DNA of 64,000 bases from assembly GCF_003918875.1 (NCBI RefSeq), contig NW_025764948.1, positions 558,001 to 622,000 on the forward strand, given 5' to 3'. Of the stretch, positions 32,765-46,200 are shown in pieces. A model generated the notes under the pieces. That model had not been told where the DNA came from. It did not search any database and saw nothing but the letters and a program-made list of their open reading frames with translations. The stretch comes from Haliotis rubra. Lineage: Eukaryota. The first letter of the stretch is position 1. Each line of letters starts with the position of its first letter. The translations under genes and the position numbers were made by a program.

Positions 32765-33313
32765 GTGAGAGATATGTCCATATTACAACTTTCAATGATG
32801 GAAAAGTGCCAGTCAGAGACAAGTGCCAAAATACCATCATGTCTGTCAAGACAAATGTCTCTACATTAATAAATCGTCCTTCTTTGCATGGGCTCTCTGC
32901 TTATCAACGGGTCTTGGTTTAGTCTACCACCTTGTGGAGTGTAAGATTGTCAACTGTATATGTGTGGTTTGCTCCAAATAGCTCTTGAGTCAGCTCCCTG
33001 TGTCATAGTTGAGTTTACACAGTAGACAATCACATGATCACAAAGTCATCTGATCTGGCCTTTTTATACACATTCCTGCTTCTCCAACCACTGATAATAC
33101 AGACAGGGTCAGTATGGTGATTTAGTTCGGCCAATGTATAGTGTCCGTCAAGGGGAAAATCTCTCATTAATTTGGTGGAGTCTACTAATGCCTACAGGGA
33201 ATAACGTCTACAGTCTTAAATAAACAATTTTACGCACCAGTGGTTACAAATTTCGACATCTGCACTAACTTGTTCCTCTCAGTTTTCTCCAACTTCTGAA
33301 GCACTTTCGCTAT

Positions 33314-33600
33314 TTAAGCGAAAATGTTAGGGTGAGCTCCCTGGACAGTCTTGTTGAGATGTGAATGCCAACCCTCGAGATGATTGTTCGTCCTCGGGCC
33401 TTCTGCTGTTCTTCTCACCCAACTGTTGACTTCAGGATCCTGCTGGTAGGCTTCACTGAAGCCGAGAGTCTGAACCTTCCTCCAGAGAACCTGTGTGTAG
33501 TGGAAGTAGCAGCCACGGATGTCACAGTTGGGGAAGACGGTCTCATCAGCGTTCCTGTGGATGGTTGTAAGGGGCCTGATTTCAAACAAACTGTCCAACT
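33314..33600 (-). mobile_element. MULE/Mutator transposase fragment
   Basis: VFPNCDIRGCYFHYTQVLWRKVQTLG (CxxH motif) joined by an internal deletion to PRTNNHLEGWHSHLN (catalytic E region), both typical of animal MULE transposases. Confidence 0.8.
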
Positions 33601-33686
33601 GTGGTGCACTTACCAAGGCAGCCTCCATGAACACACTTTCAGTGTACGCAGGTCTGTCGTCGGTTATTGAGTCTGTATCTGAAGCC

Positions 33687-33760
33687 ATCTATCTATCTAT
33701 CTATCCATCCATCCATCCATCCATCCATCCATCCATCCATCCATCTATCTATCTATCTAT
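33687..33760 (-). repeat. (TAGA/TGGA)n microsatellite forming the LINE 3' tail
   Basis: (ATCT)n(ATCC)n(ATCT)n run directly abutting the LINE 3' end motif ggcgctatataag on the minus strand. Confidence 0.85.
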
Positions 33761-34692
33761 GGAAAAACTTATATAGCGCCATATCCAGAAATAAACTGCT
33801 CTGCAGTGCTTGAGACTCTGATGGAAAGTTAGTTTTTGTATGCTTCACGGAAGTAATGAGTCTTTAGCTGTGATTTGAATGAGTCCAGGTCGTGGTTAGA
33901 TCTCAGGTGTTGATTCCACAACGGCTGGTGATGCGACTGGTTTTTAGTGCAGGTGGCTGAAGGAGAAACTGGTGAGAGGATCGAAGAGATCTGACAGGTT
34001 GATATTTGGTTATCATGCTGGAGAGATACTGAGGGGCTTGATTGTGGAGACACTTGAAGACAAGCAGGACAAGTTTGTATTTGATCCGCTGTGGCACTGG
34101 CAACCAGTGTAGATGTTGGAGAATTGGTGTGATGTGATCATGTCTCGCTGTTCTTGTTGCGACTCGGGCTGCTGAGTTTTGTACAACTTGTAACTTCCTG
34201 ATCAGACATGATGGCAAACCTTGCAGGAGTGAGATACAGTAGTCAATGCGTGACAACACACAGGCATGGATCAAGGAGATGGCGGTTCTTTTGTTCATGT
34301 ACCTTCGTACCAAGGCAATGTTGCGGATATGAAAATAAGATTTCCTGCAGACAGAGTTTATGTGAGACTCAAGTGTCATGTTTGCATCGAAAATGACACC
34401 GAGATTTCGGGCCTGTTTGCTTGGGCTGATCTTATGGTTGCCGATGTGGAAATCTGGTAATACAATGTCGTGACATGAATGTTTGGGCATTATGATAAGA
34501 AACTCGGTTTTGTCTCCATTCAGCTTTAGATAATGGGATGTCATCCATTCTTTTATCTCGTCCATGCATGTTTCCAGCACTGTGAAGGTGACAGAAATGA
34601 ATGCCTTCACCGACGGTTTGAATGCCATGTATAGCTGAGTGTCGTCTGCGTATAGATGGAACGAGAGTCCATGTGATCGTGCGATGTCACCG

Positions 34693-35172
34693 AGTGGTGA
34701 AGTGTAGATGGTGAACAGAATGGGCCCCAACACTGAGCCTTGCGGCACACCATACAGTAAATCTGATGAGTCAGTGGTGAAGTGTAGACTGTGAACAGAA
34801 TGGGCCCCAACACTGAGCCTTGCGGCACACCATACAGTAAATCTGATGAGTCAGTGGTGAAGTGTAGATGGTGGACAGTATGGGCCCCAACAATGAGCCC
34901 TGCGGCACACCATACAGTAAATCTGATGAGTCAGTGGTGAAGTGTAGATGGTGGACAGTATGGGCCCCAACACTGAGCCCTGCGGCACACCATACAGTAA
35001 ATCTGATGAGTCAGTGGTGAAGTGTAGATGGTGGACAGTATGGGCCCCAACACTGAGCCCTGCGGCACACCATACAGTAAATCTGATGAGTCAGTGGTGA
35101 AGTGTAGATGGTGGACAGTATGGGCCCCAACACTGAGCCCTGCGGCACACCATACAGCAAATCTGATGACTC
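34693..35172. repeat. Six tandem 80-bp repeats inside the LINE RT
   Basis: Unit agtggtgaagtgtagatggtg(a/g)acag(a/t)atgggccccaacactgagcc(t/c)tgcggcacaccatacagtaaatctgatgagtc starting at 34693, 34773, 34853, 34933, 35013 and 35093. Confidence 0.95.
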
Positions 35173-35733
35173 GGAGGAATGACCATCAATGACAACACGT
35201 TGTCGTCTGTCAGTCATATATGAATCAAATCAACCCAGAACTTGCCCAGTGATCCATATTCTGTATTGCAAGATGTCAAGCAACATGCGATGATCAATGG
35301 TGTCAAATGCAGCTGACAGGTCTAAGAGAACAAGAACGGCTGCTCCGGTCAAACCCACTGCTTCCAGGATGTCACTTTGCACTTTGAGAAGGGCGGTTTC
35401 AGTACTGTGATATTCACGGTATGCTGATTGCAGTGGTTCAAGATGGCTGTGAGTAGTGAGATGTTCTTTCAGTCTTGTAGCAACCACACGTTCAATGATG
35501 GCTTCTTTGAGTGACACAGGAAGACACCCTTCACTGAGCGATGCATTAACTATGTCAGTCATTATAGGGACAATGGTGCTGATGCACTTCTTGAAAATCC
35601 AGGTGGGCATGGGATCCAGACTGCAAGAAGTTTCAGGGCTCTGTTTGATAACCCTTGACACCTCTATCTCGCTTGCTGGTCGAAACACTTCAAGTAACAC
35701 TTTCTCTTCATCCTGGGATGTACAGTTGTCCTG

Positions 35734-38546
35734 GCCCCGGGGTCATGAAAGTGACTTAAGTCTAAAATTTGCTTAAGTCTGTCATTTTGATCTTAAGTCC
35801 CAAAAATTGTCTTAAATCGGGGATCACGTACATTTTTTAGTCTTAAAAGTTAAGACTGAGATCATTTTTTGTCTTAAATCCTGAGACTGCTACCTACCAG
35901 TCTTAAGTCCTTTTTGATGCCGAGGTTTTTTTTCTGGCGCACAATTTCATAAGGTTTGAAAAGTGAACGTTGTGCGAGATTTGTGCTCGCGTGGTCCTGT
36001 ATCTGCGTACAGCTATAAAATTACACAGAAATGTGGAATATTAAATTTCCTATCCGTTGGTATAAGTATAAATGCAAATACCTCGGCGGTTTGAGAAATA
36101 AACACTGCTAAATGATGTCCAAAATTTTGCTATGCATTCAAAAACAGTAAATTTCTCCGCTTTTGATCGTGCACCGGTAAAAGCACTGTGCTACGATTTT
36201 TTTTAATTTGGCATCTTTACAGAAAGTGTGAGCGAATATATTACAGCCTGATATCTGAACGACATAAGTATATATGAAATGGGTTTATTTGCTTATGCAT
36301 AACGTTGTACGCTCAACATTAAAAATGACTCGCAATAAATGTCAAAAATGGATTTTCTTCTATGACGTCAAAGGACGACAGAGAGGTCATACGCGTATAA
36401 AGATAAGGGGGGCATAACTCCGCTATGCTTAACACTAGGTCAATGTAACTCATATCACTTGGAGAGAATTCGTTGTGGATACGGACGCTATATTTTCCTT
36501 ATGTTTTGTTCACCGTGAACCAAACTACATGTATTCCAATACAAAGTTCCCCAATGTGAGCGGATACGTTTTAGTAGTTTCACAAGTTATAAGAAAAGAT
36601 GACAATGTACTACATGAGAAAGCACGTAAAAGCGATTTTGATGGCCCTATCCGATATGTAAATTAGTTCTTAAATTCACATATTCTCCTGTTTGTGTAGA
36701 TGTATTTTGACTGATTTTGCATCATTATTTACTGAGTACTAGCCATATCTTCAAATATAATGAAATTACTGAAAAGATTACAAAATTGTAGTAGACGTCA
36801 TTGCTTGTTTTATGTATTTTGCGACGTCGGAAAAACGGCACTGGTATGCTGATCAGTATATATCTCACATAATATCCATGAATTGTGTAAAAGGTTTTGG
36901 TTTCTATGTCTGAATTTAACACTCTTGTGACAGAACTTAAAATGACTGATTTTACCATTTAAATAATGTCCTGAATAGATCCATAATTAGACGGTTTGAC
37001 TTTGTATCTTAATATGAACAACACACGCACCTGTTTGGCATCAATTTGACGTAAATTAAACAGAATATTTCACAACCCTGGCCCCGGGTCATGAAAGTTA
37101 AATCGCTATTCATAACCTGTTCATATGCAACTGTAATATTGGTCCGAATGGCGAATATTGCACATGATACATGAACTATTTAAGTACATGTTGCAGTTAC
37201 GCCTTCGTTTGTTCTTTTAAAACTTGTTTAAGGATTTAAAATATGGTGTACTACACTCAGTATATCAATTTCTTATGTAAATATTATTCAAACAAACAAA
37301 ACCCTTGAAAGAATGAAAACCGTATACCCTATATCCAAGGATATGATATAGAACAAGGGTAAATGTAGATAATGAAATTATAGTTTCATGAAAAATATCT
37401 GAAAGATACTCAAAATATACACTGAAAGTGTAATCGGTGGAACATGGCGATTGTGTTTACTGTTATTCAACCGACCTTCACCTCAAAGAAATTGCCAAAT
37501 ATGTAACAACAATGTTGACGTATATGACGTCACAACCCGTGACCGATTTCTTACAAAATGGCGGCTTCGGTGACATGGGTATACAGGATTTTGCGAGGAC
37601 CTTTCCTTTGATTCGGGGATCGTTTGTACATAAATGTGTGATGTGAGTAATCAGAATGATTCTGACTATCTGTGTATTGTTACATGTTTTATCGTTTTCA
37701 TTGCAAGTAAGAGAAGAAGCCAGATATGCCGATCATTACCGTTGTTGTTCTGCGAGATTTTCCGTCAGTCATGACGTTACGCTGCACAGAAACTTTGACA
37801 ATTTCGTATAAACATATCACATTACTGTATTGTATCTATTATTTTTTGCTACGATACTATTTCCATGTATGTTCTAAAAGTATTGAGCCTATGCATGCTA
37901 CGAATAGACGAATGGGTGTCTGAAATTTGAGAAAATGCAGTACACAGTGTAAAGTCTCAATGTTTCTTTGTTTACATTTCAACAAGTGCTGTCTTTCTCA
38001 CACAGCGTTCGTTTCATATCACCTAGACACTTGGTTTTAGTGACAAAGACCATTTCTTATTTGATACTAAAATGTATGAGGAATTCAGTGATGTATTTGT
38101 CACAGATGAAAAGGAAATATACGTGATGTAATAGGCGTCTCAATACCGGCCTTCGCGAAACGTGATTTTGAAAACACTATCCAATGCAATATGGCAGAAA
38201 GCGCATTTAGGCGTTCGTGTTGGTGTATTTAGAAAACATCCCAACCTTAAAGACACTAAAAGTCACCGCGGCAGGGATAAAAGCGTCAGTTGACTTGTTT
38301 GGAACATTTCAGCAGGTGCCTGGTACTAAACTATTCTCCTCAATTATTTAAGAGTGACCGGACATGATTACATCATTCTAAAATTTCCATGGTAACTGTC
38401 TTAGTCTTAGTCTTAGCTAAGATTTGGCTGAGACAGTTTCATGATCCAGTCTTATCTAAAATCTTAGCTAAGCAAAATAATTTAGACTTAAGATATTTTT
38501 GTGCTAAGCAAATTTTAGACTTAAGATTTTTTCATGATCCCGGGGC
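35734..38546. mobile_element. Non-autonomous PIF/Harbinger-like DNA transposon (2.8 kb)
   Basis: TIRs gccccggggtcatgaaag..cttaagtctaaaatttgctta / taagcaaattttagacttaag..ttcatgatcccggggc and 3-bp TSD CTG (35731-33, 38547-49). Excision restores the LINE reading frame. No transposase ORF inside. Confidence 0.85.
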
Positions 38547-39704
38547 CTGAACTGTGGGTGAGCTGAGAGATGTTCGGATTTTCAGGATCTTATTTGTAAG
38601 AAAGTTTGAGAACTGGTCGCACAGATTTGCTAGAGATGAGTGTGATGGAAGGGATTTAGTCTTTTGCTTGTAGAGTAGTTTGTTTGATCCCTTGAACACA
38701 GCTTTCTGTCCAGATACATTTTCCAAAACACTATTGAAATATTCACGTTTAGAGAATTCCACTAAGGCTGTGACATGAAGTCTATAGGAGTTGTGAATCT
38801 ACAGCAAGACCTGTCTTCCGCATCCTTTTCTCCAACTGACGATGATTACGTTTTGCTTTTCTAATATCATCATTGTACCACGTACTGAGGAACGTTGGGT
38901 CTGTGATGTGTTGGAGCAGGTTGTGGGTGTCGACAAGCTCTAGGAACTTTGCAGCATCCTTGTTCTGAGCATTTTCAACGTGGTAGTTAAAATCTTCCAC
39001 AGATCACAAGTTTTCCACTTATGGTTGTCAGAGAATTCAGAAGTTCAGAGAATTCATCAAAGAAGATGTTGGTTCTTCTTGGTGGTCTGTAAACTGTGAG
39101 CAAATTTAAGACTTCCGCATCCAACTTCATCTGTAATCCGATGATTTCATAGGTAGTATTTGAGTTAGTAACAATAAGATCCGAACATGTGAAGCTGTTT
39201 CGATAAACAACTGCTGTTCCTCCACCCTTTTTTCCTTTCCTTGCGATTTGTGCCAATTTGTAACCATTTGGTGTCAGTTTACATATTGCAATATTGTCGG
39301 AGCCGTCATCTCTTAGCCATGTTTCGGTAAGTGCCAAAATGTCAAGATTATGTTGAAGGATAAGATCATGGATGTCCTGTGCCTTGTCGTTTGTGGTGAC
39401 ATGTGTCTTGACTGACCTGACATTCAACATGCACAATCGTAGGTTGGTGTTTTTAAAGGTTGGAACATTAGATTAGTAGATCTAGTAGTATCTGCTGTCG
39501 ACGACTAATTAGATGGTTTAACGTCGGCTTCTGGCGGGCGCCAATTTCGCCGACGGGGCAGGTGGGGTTTAACATTAAATTATGAATAACTGGTAATAGG
39601 GAATAAACCACCATGCCCAAAAAAATGTAAATGTAGGGGCTTTAACCTAGATGAATTTGGAATGGAAACGTTTAAAACATGAGATGAAAAGAAAAGTAAA
39701 AAAC

Positions 39705-41168
39705 CGAAGTCTTCAGCAACCCATGCTTGTCGTTAGAGGCAATTTACGGAATCGGGTGGTCAGACTCCCTGATTTGGTTGACACATGTCATCATATCCCA
39801 ATTTCGTAGGTCCATGCTGATCACTGGATTGTCTTGTTCAGACTCGATTATTTATAGTATGACCAGAAATTATTGAGAAATTTAAGAATATGTTTAATTG
39901 GATTTCTAGTATAAACAACCTTGACCAGCTATCAAGTGCTTGGTTTCATTCAAGAGAGACAACTCCGTTAATCCCTTTTCATTAGTTTGTGAAGAGTTAT
40001 CCCCCTTTGTTTACTTGCTAGCAGACGACATTTTCAGTGATCCTCAGTATGGATGATTTAGAGAAGAGGAAGTTGATTTTAGAGTATTATAACAAGGACA
40101 TCAGATCAGCTAAAGTGATTTCAAGTAGAACAGGCATCCCTTTGTCCACTGTTTATCGTGTTTTGAAAAATATTGCAAATGGATATGGCATTGAGCACCA
40201 GGGAGGCGCAGGTAGGCCCAGAAAATTGACTGTCTGTGACAGGAGGCGGCTTATTGGTATTCTTGTTTCTAAAAACAAACGAAGGAGTTTAGAAAACTTA
40301 AGGCTGGATATGATTGATAGAGGAACTGTGGCTGTCTATAAGGAGACAATTAAAATTGAGCTGCATGCAATGGGTTGGCAGAAAAGTCGAGGAATTCCAT
40401 CACCGATCATGAAACCTGAACAAAAGGAGCGAAGGTTGAACTGGTGCTTACAGCATAGAAATTTTAACTGGGACAATGTGATTTTCTCAGATGAAAGTTC
40501 TGTATGGCCGTTTCCTAATACACTGAAATTATGGACCAAACAAACTGAAAAAACCTTTGTATCAGCGCCCAAAGTACAGTCCGAAATTTAACGTGTGGGG
40601 TGGCATATCTGTGTTAGGGGCAACGCCCCTCTGTGTATTTGAAGGGAATATGAACAGTGAGCGGTACACAGATATTCTCGAGGGACATTTACTTCCATCT
40701 GCTCACGTGTTCTATGGAAAGTTTGGATTTTCCAGCAGGACAACGACCCAAAACATCATTCAAAGCATGCAAAGGCCTGGTTTCGGACCCAAAATATGAC
40801 ATTATTAGATTGGCCAAGCTATAGCCCTGACCTAAATCCAATAGAAAATGTTTGGTGTCAATAAAAAAAATCTGACAAATATATATTGCTGAAATGAAAG
40901 AAGAGGTGGTCCGATATTGGGACAGCATGGACCACGACTTTCTAACTTCTTTGATCAGTAGTAAGCCCCGCCGCATTGAAGCCTGCATTGCTGCCCATGG
41001 TGACTTGACAAAATACTAACTGTTTACCTGTCTTTGAATCTGGAGTTATGTTCTGCTAATATTCACATTTAATACGAGAGTATTAAAATTCTCAATAATT
41101 TCTGGTTGTACTGTACAGCTGTCATATAGCTGGAATATTGCTGACCGCTGCGTTAAACAACAAACAAT
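39705..41168 (+). mobile_element. Nin-type SINE split at a TA by the Tc1 element
   Basis: 5' part 39705-39854 (cttcagcaacccatgcttgtcgttagaggc...cagactcgattattTA) continues after the Tc1 at 41114 (TAcagctgtcatatagctggaatattgctgaccgctgcgttaaacaacaa). Confidence 0.7.
39855..41113 (+). mobile_element. Tc1/mariner DNA transposon (DD34E), frameshifted
   Basis: ~30-bp TIRs (t/c)agta..accagaaattattgagaa.tttaa with TA TSDs. Transposase ~40049-41019: MDDLEKRK..TGIPLSTVYRVL (HTH), VIFSDES, FNVWGGIS, FQQDNDPKH-34aa-SPDLNPIENVW, HGDLTKY*, spread over several frames. Confidence 0.93.
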
Positions 41169-43180
41169 ACTAGTACATGTATATCCCAACCCATTACGAT
41201 AGAAAACAACCTCAGTGTGTTAAAATGTAAGGAATTGTTTAAATGGAAATAAATGAGTGTTTTAAAAAATCTATGTTCATTATGTATTACAATCATGAAA
41301 ACTGTACAATCTTCCATGGAAACCGTCCCGGGACACTATGTATTCTTATTCGTACCTATCTTCAAAAGTATCACGAGCTGAGCGTAATAAAAGTTTTGTT
41401 CTGTTGTGGTAGTTTTAATGAGGTTTTGAACTTGATGGTTCAGTTGATGTGCTATATCGATGATGGTACTGTGACAGTGCACAATATATGGTTAAATTCT
41501 TGATATTACGATGTACATAGTGTACTTACATGAACATTGTCATGCATAAAATCTCAGTCGTTATTGAATATGTAAGTTAATTAGATCTGTTGTCGTGGCT
41601 AGTTGTGCCTATATTGCACCCATGTATGGACACACTAAATGTATTTTACATTACTAATATGCTGATTGTGAACTAATAAATATTTGGTTCAGTGGCAAAT
41701 ATAATTAATGTATGATTTATATAACGACAGCTGAGGTATAATTGAGATATTTGTTAAAATGATTTCTGTGAATGGTCCCCGAATTATTATTATATGATGT
41801 TAGGTTGAAAGAAGAAGTATTATAATTGTTATGCCTACAAGCTCTACCATTTGAGATGCTTATTCGGATTTTAATTTCCCATCAAAAAGTGTATATAAGA
41901 TTATTGTTTTGAGATATTTTATGCATTTATGTATAACGCACTTGACCGCACAGTATTTATTGAAACATCTCCTTGACTTGAGGAATTCTACATTTCATTT
42001 CAAGGATTAAAAATTGTTATCCCATAACAAGCCGAGTAAAAATACAAAATGGGGCGTGTCCTACTACGAATGAATGTCTAGACATGGGGGAGTACATAAT
42101 TCTTCTAACTGAACAGGCACTGATATTGTTGACGTATTTCTGTTTGCATGGAAGTGAATTGTGACAACATGCTTGGCCGGGGGCTAGGTCTAAATGAGCC
42201 TAAGTGAAAATAATAATTAAATTAATGGGGATTCCCTGGATGCTGTCTCCTATATTGTTTAAGCAGGCAAACCAGTGAAGCATGCTGATTGGTTATACGA
42301 TAGATGATCGGGGGACCATCTCACAAGCATGCAAGCATTTTGGGGTAAATTTAAAGAACTGGTTAAGTGAACTACAATTCACTGTACATATCACATAAAC
42401 TGTTCTGTTCAATCAATCAAATCCCGTGCAGGGTATATAAACTCTAACATTACTCTTGTCAGGATGTCAAGTAGGCATACTGCAGCAGCGTAATATATTT
42501 TTAAATAGTTGGACAATACTTGTGGTTTATCAAAAGAAGGAGCTTGAAAATTATCCATAAGATTTGTTCAAATTCTAGCTCTACTGCCACTATCAATACC
42601 AATGATGACATTGTCAGTAATGTCACTAGGAACACGATAATGAATGATCATTTTAACATGTCGTTTTCAGTTCTTATTTCACTCTGGCACCGGGGACCAT
42701 CCCTTATCTCACCCTGCAATAATACCATCAAATATCTTTGATATGACCCCCATGTTCATAACAACAGCAACATGGTGGAGCTTCCGTGTCGTGCCGGCAT
42801 TTAGTGAATAAAGCATTCTAATACATTGTATATGAATATATTTACAATGGGATTATACTTTCTCAGCAAAGTCCAAGTCCAGATTCACGTACATTTTTAG
42901 GCTGAATCCCATTCGGGACTTTCACCATGAGAGGAACTGGATCAAGCTAAACATGGTGCACAGTGACGAAGATAATGCACACCCTGTTTGTATCACCAGC
43001 CGTGTGGGGAGTAGAAGGAATGTGGATAAAAAGGCAAGCTAGGTCAGATGACTTTGTGATCATGTGATTGTCTATTGTGTAAAATCAACACATGTGACAG
43101 CGACTCAAGAGCTATTTATATCCACCTACACATACACCGTATGTGTCCCCAAGGGCACGTGACCTAGATGTTCATACCAG

Positions 43181-43187
43181 TATAAAT
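43181..43187 (+). promoter_or_regulatory. TATA box of the ependymin-related gene
   Basis: TATAAAT about 60 bp upstream of the ATG at 43242. Confidence 0.55.
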
Positions 43188-43241
43188 GCAACACCACTAA
43201 TTGCAAATTCAAAACCTCTTCCTGCTCAGGGTATCTCCAAG

Positions 43242-46200
43242 ATGGTTGCAACCTACATCTTCCTGATCTGCGTGGTGTCGTGTGTTGTGGCCCAAGATCC
43301 ACGCAAATGTTGTCTCCCCAACAGTTGGCAAGCTTACACTGCACAAGGTGGCAGACTCAACCAAGACCCATTGGTAAGCAGAAAGCCCATGCAAGGAGGA
43401 CGATTTATTAATACCGAGATGGTATTCAAACACTTTTCTGTCATTGAACATTGTAATACCTCTCCAAATGTTTCCTGATAGATTCTAGGACATGTCTGTG
43501 TGACTGAATGGCAATAAGGGAGGAGCGATATTTCTAAATCACAGGGAACTAGACTGCTTCTTTTGGAAGCATGACATTTAGAAGTGAACATGGTCGATGA
43601 TGCATTTAGAATATGCTCATATTTCAGATATACAGAGAGAAGCTTTATGGCATTCAAACTTCATCTGTTATTTGCAGAACATGTAATCATCTTTGTAGGA
43701 CTTTGAGCTATAACTATAAGTACCAGTAAATATAACTACTCTGTCAATGTGTGACAAACAAACATAGGAAAGACTTCCGCCCGTATCCCCTCCCTTAAAT
43801 TTCCTTCTAGTTAAATTATATCACCTGAATATATATTCCTCATGTGATAAGGGTGTGTTTTAACATGTTTCTTTAATTGTATCTGAACATACTTAAAGAC
43901 ATATCAAACTTATGTTTGCCACCGAAAGAAATTGTTCCTCATCGTTAAACTTTAGGGGGAATACGGGCAGAAGTCTTGCCCAAACGTAGTGATCCCCAAA
44001 CAGAATGATCTTATTCAAGCATTCAGTTCGTGACTCTAGAAGGTATGTCAACTATAGATTGTTTACACAAACATGCTTCGAATCTTAAAACACTGCCTCC
44101 ACAACAATCTATTTACTCATCACTGATAATCGATGTACACTACTTACTCTGCTACAGTTTTACTTCACTTCCAGTCCTTCTTTAGATATTACTTCCTTTG
44201 TTTTGCTTGACTTAGAGCCAGTCTCTCATCACTACTTCCTCTACAATTAGTTTACTCGATTTTCAGCTGCTTTAAATACTGTTCTGTTATGTCCATTTAC
44301 ATGACTTGCAGCTCTTTCCTGATCACTGCTTTCTCAATATTCTGTTTCCTTGACTGACAGTCCATCTTTAAACACTTATATTATTGTCTGTTTACTCAGC
44401 CTGCACCCCTTCTTTAACCATTGTTTATATTATTATCTGTTTACTTCACTGCAGCCCTACTCTATATTCTACTCCGATTTCACCCTGAAGAAGGAAGCCC
44501 AGCAGGAAATGCTGCTGAAACCCGGATCTGCCCCTGTTGCAGGCTTTAGGACCGTCACCGACCACAACAAAGTAAGTCTTCATATTTAACATGTTTTGTA
44601 TAGACATTGTGTCACTGTCATTGCTAGGAAAACAGGTAATAGACTGTATAGTGTTTGAAACATACTATTTCATATGCACAGATAAATATTGTCAGTGGCG
44701 TGAAACATTTCTTTTGTCAGAGATTGATACAGAAGGTACATGGCAAATTATAATCTGGATAACTGTTTGTGATTTGTTGCCAAATGGCAAATGCGATAAT
44801 TTCAGCCTTGCATTGTTGTCAAACACACTTGGTGTGTGTGTGCATGCACTGATTTGGTGATGGGTAAGTTGTTGACAGTGTGCAGCACTGTATGTGTAAA
44901 TTGTTAATAGTCCTAAATGTGCATGTAGACACTGCTGTCAACATGCATGTCTTTCGTTTCAGTCCAAAAGAATTATGGAACATAATAAACCCATGTACCA
45001 CAAAGCAGTCATAGTGATTCGACCATGATGCGTCATTGCTATAATAGTTGGGAGTGTAAATGTTTGTGGCTATGTGGATCAGACAGGACCTACAGACATG
45101 TCCACCTCAGCCTGGATGGTTACATCATGTAACAGGTCAGGCCAGTGGCATTTTATCACACTCTGACCACCCTTGGGAAAAACCCAAGTACGTCAGACTA
45201 ACATCCACAGCCTATATTGAGTGAGGTATAAAACCTAATCCCCCAATGTTTACGTGTATATCTTCAGCGGAAAACATACAGGATCTCTCCAGCCGGCAAG
45301 TGCACATCGTTTGCTAACCCTGTCCCTATGATCGCTTGTATCCCAGGTGAGCATCCATAAGGAAATGACACAGACTCCCGGAGTTTATAAGGTTGGCAGC
45401 ATGATGATGTTTTTACGTCACATTGAGCAATATTAAGACAATATGGCAGCTAAGCAACCAAACAAGGGGTTTCACATGTACTGCAGATGCATGTAAGTAG
45501 TTTAAATAATGCAGCCCAGTGAGTTCAATTTAAACCACTAAATATCTGATCTACCATTCAATTATTCAACAGAACAATTAAGAACTGCTTCCAATGTTGG
45601 TGATGGTGACAAAGCAAGAAGACCAGAGGTTGATGACTGCATATATTGCCCTCTTTCAGATTCCGCAACATTCCTTGGGAGAAAGCTATGTTGGTCTCCC
45701 CAAATACGGTACTGCCTTTAACGCCTGGAAATTTTCACTGGATCCTTACAAGATGAACATCACCATCACCGTGGCACAAGACAGTTGTACTCCCATCTTC
45801 GAGGATATCAGTGGTCGTAAGTTCACGTGTTGTGCATTGATTTGTTACTCTTTTAATTTCATCATTCTCATTAAACAGTTAAATGATCAGACATATCTAA
45901 CTGACCAGCATTTCAGTGACATAACAGTACTGAATTTACTGTGGGATGAGAGCTCAAAGTTTCACTTTCCTTGGACTTTTACCAAATTGTGGATAACCAC
46001 ATGTTAAGGGATGCAACTCTCCTCTGCTAATAGGTCTGTCTTTCAAAACTGTCCTACACATGGATGCTTCTCTTGGGTTGATATCAGTTATCATAATGAA
46101 ACTTCGAACTAGTCATTCATTTCTAGTATTGTCTTTACCTAAATGAAAGATTTTAGCAATTATTTGGAAATATCAATTTCTACATCAATGTCTTATATTG

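Larger units (their letters stand above)
33760..39600 (-). mobile_element. L2/CR1-clade LINE (APE endonuclease + RT), defective, interrupted by 35734-38546
   Basis: Endonuclease: LNVRSVK, ILALTETWL, GGGTAVVY, VYRPP, ICG(D)FNYHV (38782-39436). RT: [79 protein letters not shown] (33903-35700). Removing the insert restores the frame (..PTVQ|DNCTSQDEEKVLLEVFRP..). Internal deletions present. Confidence 0.93.

Noticed and set aside
33314-33688. 124-aa ORF as a host gene
   Set aside because: It is an internally deleted MULE transposase piece, and its ATG is created at the junction with the LINE microsatellite tail.
34693-35172. Regular repeat array that could be mistaken for CRISPR
   Set aside because: Units are head-to-tail with no unique spacers, derive from LINE RT coding sequence, and there are no cas genes; the context is eukaryotic.
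35734-38546. Cargo gene or autonomous transposase inside the 2.8-kb Harbinger-like insert
   Set aside because: Only short (<80 aa) uninformative ORFs; no DDE or Myb/SANT motifs visible.
45594-46007. ORF-track frame (IPQHSLGESYVG...) as an intact ependymin exon 4
   Set aside because: It needs a phase-0 intron, but exon 3 ends in phase 1, and the family motif CIPDSATFLG is in the other frame, so a 1-nt insertion is the better explanation.
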